From NCBI GenBank assembly GCA_963830455.1, contig CAWHMT010000004.1, positions 178,644 to 242,643 of the forward strand: DNA of 64,000 nt, written 5' to 3'. The notes beneath the pieces are model-generated. The model was not told the origin of the DNA. It did no database searches and was given only the letters and a program-made list of their open reading frames with translations. The position numbers were made by a program, and so were the translations under genes. The stretch comes from an uncultured Gemmatimonadales bacterium (GTDB taxonomy: Bacteria; Gemmatimonadota; Gemmatimonadetes; Gemmatimonadales; GWC2-71-9). Of the stretch, positions 60,647-64,000 are shown in pieces (the stretch's first letter is position 1; every line of letters starts with the position of its first letter).

Positions 60647-62137
60647 TCACCGCGCCGCAACGCGCGACACCACCTCGTAATAGAACCGCACGCCCGTGCG
60701 CAGCGCGTCGATGCTGACGCGCTCGTCGTTGCCGTGCACGCCCCGCGAATCGGCTTGCGTGAGCGGGAACGGGCCCAGCCCATAGCTCGCGATCCCCATC
60801 CGCCGGAAGTAATGACTGTCGGTGAAGCCGGCGAGCATCAAGGTCGTCACGAGCGCCTCGGGGTGACGTTGCCGCGCCACGTCGGCGATGGCGCGGAACA
60901 TCGCCGTTTCCGTCGAGCTCTCCGTCGCGGGCCAGTTCGGGCCCTGCGGCTTCACCGTCACGGCGGTATCGCCGATGACGCGCACGAACTCGGCGAGAAA
61001 CGCGGCCGGGTCCTGTCCGGGAAGGAGGCGCACGTCGACGGCCGCCGTCGCGACCGGAGGGATCACGTTGGTCTTGTTGCTGCCCTTCAAGCCCGTAATG
61101 GAGATGGTGTTCCGCAGCAGCGCGTTGTAGGTGAGGTCGCTCGTCAGGACGCGCACCGCCGTGGAATCGCGCAGCGCCGCGCGGATGTCCGACAGCCAGC
61201 GCCGTACCGTGGTGTCGCGCTCGATCGTCGCGAGATCGCGGAACGAGCGCTCCACGGCCGGGGTCACGATCAGCGGCGTCTTCCACTCGGCAACCCGGTT
61301 CAACGCCCGAATCAACCGGTGCACGGGATTGTCGGGCGTCGGCCGGGAACCATGGCCGGCGGTACCGCGGGCCGTGATGTCGAGCCAGAACGGCGACTTC
61401 TCGGTCGTGCCGATGCCGTAGAACTCGACCGCCCCTTGACCGCCGGCCTTGGCGCGGGTGAGCCCGCCTTCGTTGAGCAGGAATTCGGCCCCGCGCACCA
61501 AGTCGGGTTTTTGCTCGGCGATCCAGACTGCACCGACGCCCGCGCCGATCTCCTCATCTGAAGTCGCCAGGAAGATGATGTCGCGCTTGAGCGGCACTTT
61601 GGCCCGCTTCAGGATCAGCATCGTCATGAGCTGCGCGATGCCCTCGCCCTTCATATCGAGCGCGCCGCGACCCCAGACGGAGCCGTCCTTGATCACGCCG
61701 CCGAACGGATCCACCGTCCAGAATTCGGGTGATGCGAGCACGACGTCCATGTGATTGAGCAGCACGATCGGCCGCGCGGTGCCATCGCCCGCGAGCCGGG
61801 CGTAGAGATTGGCCTTTCCCGGGGCTGGTTCAAAGACCTGCGACTCGATGCCCTCGCGCCGCAGCACCTCGGCCAGCCAGCGCGCGGCCACGATCTCGTT
61901 GCCGGGCGGATTCGTCGTGTTGATGCGCAGGTACTGCGACAGGAGGGCGGTCGCTTCGTCGCCCAACGCCTTCCAGTCGCCCTCCACCGGCGCCGCCATC
62001 AACGCGGCGCGGGCGGGCGTCACCAAGACCGGCGCCGACGAGGGCCCGGCCAGCGGTGGCACCGGCCGCCGTGCGCACGCGCCAATCAGCAGCGCAGCCG
62101 CCAAAGCCCTCGACCAAGCTCCACCAACCTTCACCAT
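60647..62137 (-). CDS. M20/M25/M40-family metallopeptidase (lipoprotein)
   Basis: ALLIGAC lipobox, LLNHMDVV, GRGALDMKG and ATSDEEIG motifs. Confidence 0.85.
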   Translation of the reverse strand: MVKVGGAWSRALAAALLIGACARRPVPPLAGPSSAPVLVTPARAALMAAPVEGDWKALGDEATALLSQYLRINTTNPPGNEIVAARWLAEVLRREGIESQVFEPAPGKANLYARLAGDGTARPIVLLNHMDVVLASPEFWTVDPFGGVIKDGSVWGRGALDMKGEGIAQLMTMLILKRAKVPLKRDIIFLATSDEEIGAGVGAVWIAEQKPDLVRGAEFLLNEGGLTRAKAGGQGAVEFYGIGTTEKSPFWLDITARGTAGHGSRPTPDNPVHRLIRALNRVAEWKTPLIVTPAVERSFRDLATIERDTTVRRWLSDIRAALRDSTAVRVLTSDLTYNALLRNTISITGLKGSNKTNVIPPVATAAVDVRLLPGQDPAAFLAEFVRVIGDTAVTVKPQGPNWPATESSTETAMFRAIADVARQRHPEALVTTLMLAGFTDSHYFRRMGIASYGLGPFPLTQADSRGVHGNDERVSIDALRTGVRFYYEVVSRVAAR

Positions 62138-62152
62138 CCTCCACCACCCTTC

Positions 62153-63154
62153 TTACAGGTTGAGGGTCTCACCGTGCGCGAGTTGCCGGTAGCCATCGCT
62201 CGGCAGTCCCGCCGCGAGCCATGCGGCGCGCGCGCGCCGGGGCGGTTCGTCCATGGCCTCATCGGTGAGCTTGAATGTACCCCAATGGATCGGCACCATG
62301 AGGCGGGCGTTGACCGCCCGAAACGCGTCGACCGCCTCTTCCGGATTCATGTGGAGATAGCGCATGAACCAGCGCGGTTCGTAGGCGCCGATCGGCAGCA
62401 GCGCGACGTCAAACGGCCCGTAGCGCTCACCGATCGCGCCGAACTCCGGGTGAAAACCGGTGTCTCCCGCGAAATACACACGGCGGCCCCCACCCGGTTG
62501 GCTCAGCGCGAATCCGCACCACAACGTGTCGCCGCGATCGCCGATGCCGCGGCTGCTGAAGTGCATCGCGGGAGTCGCCCCAACCCGCAGCGATCCCAGG
62601 TCACGCTCCTCCCACCAGTCCAGCTCCACGACCTCGGCGCGCACCCCGCGTTTGCGGACGAACGCACCGAGGCCCAGTGGCAGCACCCAAGTCGCATTCG
62701 AGTGCGTGCGCGCCAGCCGGCGCACGGTGGTGTCGTCGAGATGGTCGTAGTGATTGTGGGATTGCAACACGAGATCGAGCGGCGGCAACTCATCGAACGC
62801 GACCCCGGGCGCGACCCAGCGGCGCGGGCCGGCAACCTGCACGGGCGAAGCGCGCTCGCTCCACATCGGATCCACGAGCACGTTCATTCCGCCCAGCTGG
62901 ATCAGCAGACTCGCATGACCGATCCAGGTAATCGTGAGCGCTGTGGCTGCCGCGCGCGGCGCGCCGAATGACGGTTGCACGCGCTGGAAGACCGACGGAT
63001 CGGGATCTGTGGGCCGGGGCCGCGTCGTGCGATGCACGAGCATCCATTTGAGGAGACTGCCATACCCCGGCACGGCCTGCGAAACCCAGGGATTACAAAA
63101 GCCTCCCCCCGGCCGGTGGTGCGCTGACTGTGGAGCAGGCGTCACGGCGCGCAA
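62153..63154 (-). CDS. MBL-fold metallo-hydrolase (NAPE-PLD-like subgroup)
   Basis: ITWIGHASLLIQ, LVLQSHNHYDHLD (HxHxDH) and the C-terminal IHWGTF. Confidence 0.85.
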   Translation of the reverse strand: MRAVTPAPQSAHHRPGGGFCNPWVSQAVPGYGSLLKWMLVHRTTRPRPTDPDPSVFQRVQPSFGAPRAAATALTITWIGHASLLIQLGGMNVLVDPMWSERASPVQVAGPRRWVAPGVAFDELPPLDLVLQSHNHYDHLDDTTVRRLARTHSNATWVLPLGLGAFVRKRGVRAEVVELDWWEERDLGSLRVGATPAMHFSSRGIGDRGDTLWCGFALSQPGGGRRVYFAGDTGFHPEFGAIGERYGPFDVALLPIGAYEPRWFMRYLHMNPEEAVDAFRAVNARLMVPIHWGTFKLTDEAMDEPPRRARAAWLAAGLPSDGYRQLAHGETLNL

Positions 63155-63184
63155 TATAGCCGCGCCGTGACACCGTGTTTCTGA

Positions 63185-64000
63185 TTAGCGGGGTGCGGAA
63201 GGACCGGACGACGTGTCGACCGCGACGTGGATCACGAGTGTATCGACCAATGAGCCACTCGTCGCGACGATGCGACCCGTTCCAACGATCTTGGATGTGA
63301 CGCGCGCGATTCGCGTGCTGTCCGGGTAGGTGGCAAGCCCCAGGACCGCCGTGTCGAGATTCTGCCACGCAACGACGGCGTTGGGCTCCTGCTGATGCTG
63401 CGCGTTCACAACGAACGCCTCGAGCCGATTGGTGCGGTTCTGCAGCATCGAGCTGGCACCCTGAATCAGCAGCGAGCCGGTGAACGCCGATAGCGTCACG
63501 CTGTGCGTCGTCTCGAATCCCTTGTTCACCGCCACGTTCGAATCCAGCGCCGCGCCGAGATTGCTGCCAGACGGTGGATCGACCCCGACGATGTAAGTCC
63601 CCGGCAGCAGATAGGCGAGCCGATAGTGTCCGGCCGCGTCCGTCACGCCGGTCGAGTAGATGTACCAGTTTCCTGGTCCGCCGCCCCACGTACTGACGGT
63701 TGCGTTCTTCACAGGTCCCGCGCTGCCGCCGCCGCTGGTATCGCGCGACACGGTGCCGGCGATGCTCCCGGTCTCGGCGCGATTCACCGCACGAATCCAG
63801 GGCACGAAGTTGAACGCGCCGTCGCCCAGATCGTTGTAATGGAAGCTGCGGCCGACGTCGAAGTCGATCACGATGTCAGTGCCCTGCGCCCCGACGTCCA
63901 CGGCGGCTTCGACAAAGGCGTGAATCGCCTGGCGGCCCGAGCCGCCCCAGTGGACCTGCGCCAACGATCCGTCTTTGTATCGAATGTTGGACGAGTCGCC
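63185..64000 (-). CDS. Secreted protein with carboxypeptidase-regulatory-like (and possibly DUF4382) domains; 5' end beyond the window
   Basis: GSIAGTV...TDAAGHYRLAYLLPGTYIV is a CarboxypepD_reg-type beta-sandwich motif. The reading frame stays open from 63964 to the window end. Confidence 0.6.
   Translation of the reverse strand, partial: GDSSNIRYKDGSLAQVHWGGSGRQAIHAFVEAAVDVGAQGTDIVIDFDVGRSFHYNDLGDGAFNFVPWIRAVNRAETGSIAGTVSRDTSGGGSAGPVKNATVSTWGGGPGNWYIYSTGVTDAAGHYRLAYLLPGTYIVGVDPPSGSNLGAALDSNVAVNKGFETTHSVTLSAFTGSLLIQGASSMLQNRTNRLEAFVVNAQHQQEPNAVVAWQNLDTAVLGLATYPDSTRIARVTSKIVGTGRIVATSGSLVDTLVIHVAVDTSSGPSAPR

Overview
This is a 64-kb, very GC-rich (about two-thirds G+C by eye), densely coding bacterial chromosomal segment. 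I call about 58 protein genes. Many are joined by ATGA/GTGA/TTGA start-stop overlaps, several convergent pairs overlap at their 3' ends, and only four spacers exceed 100 nt. I found no rRNA, tRNA, CRISPR array, transposase or integrase. All product calls rest on motif recognition in my own translations and the ORF track; no database search was possible. The gene content includes a fused membrane/spermidine synthase, a fused E1 alpha/beta, OmpA proteins with thrombospondin-3 repeats, and many secreted peptidases. It looks like a Gemmatimonadota-like soil or sediment heterotroph, but that placement is inference only.

Layout:
- 1-3.5 kb: DEAH helicase (partial), a small secreted protein, pfk, and a hidden selenoprotein.
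- 3.5-10.3 kb: an MCP plus Kelch lipoprotein and two tandem OmpA/TSP3 paralogs.
- 10.4-27 kb: secreted peptidases (S9, two M14, M28), a GH-like protein, an aconitase-family enzyme, and a TrmB regulator.
- 27-37 kb: TetR, Lon, a Ser/Thr kinase, fused spermidine synthase, and 2-oxoacid dehydrogenase E1.
- 37-49 kb: amidohydrolase, DJ-1/PfpI, DUF1015, MazG, and a coupled fadI-fadJ-proline dehydrogenase-rsgA string, then glpD.
- 49-52 kb: HEAT-repeat protein, a TsdA-like dihaem cytochrome, and a Tat-exported protein.
- 52-59 kb: a 7-gene co-directional array.
- 59-64 kb: queG, M20 peptidase, MBL hydrolase, and a partial secreted protein.

Most notable observations:
1. An unlisted SelW/Rdx-family gene at 3265-3504 (minus strand) has an in-frame TGA in a CxxU motif and a SECIS-like hairpin. 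Its stop overlaps the pfk start.
2. The 52.1-59.2 kb array encodes a PLP enzyme, a LOG protein, a deoxyhypusine-synthase-like protein, an MFS transporter, a Ddl-like ATP-grasp, a four-zinc-ribbon HExxH peptidase and a membrane HExxH protein. I read it as a candidate uncharacterised polyamine/amide-conjugate system.
3. Two +1 frame disruptions (M28 peptidase, queG) and an MFS gene whose first transmembrane helix lies upstream of any canonical start codon.
4. A G8..G11 tract encoding poly-Gly inside a TetR gene.
5. Tandem repeat-bearing OmpA paralogs.
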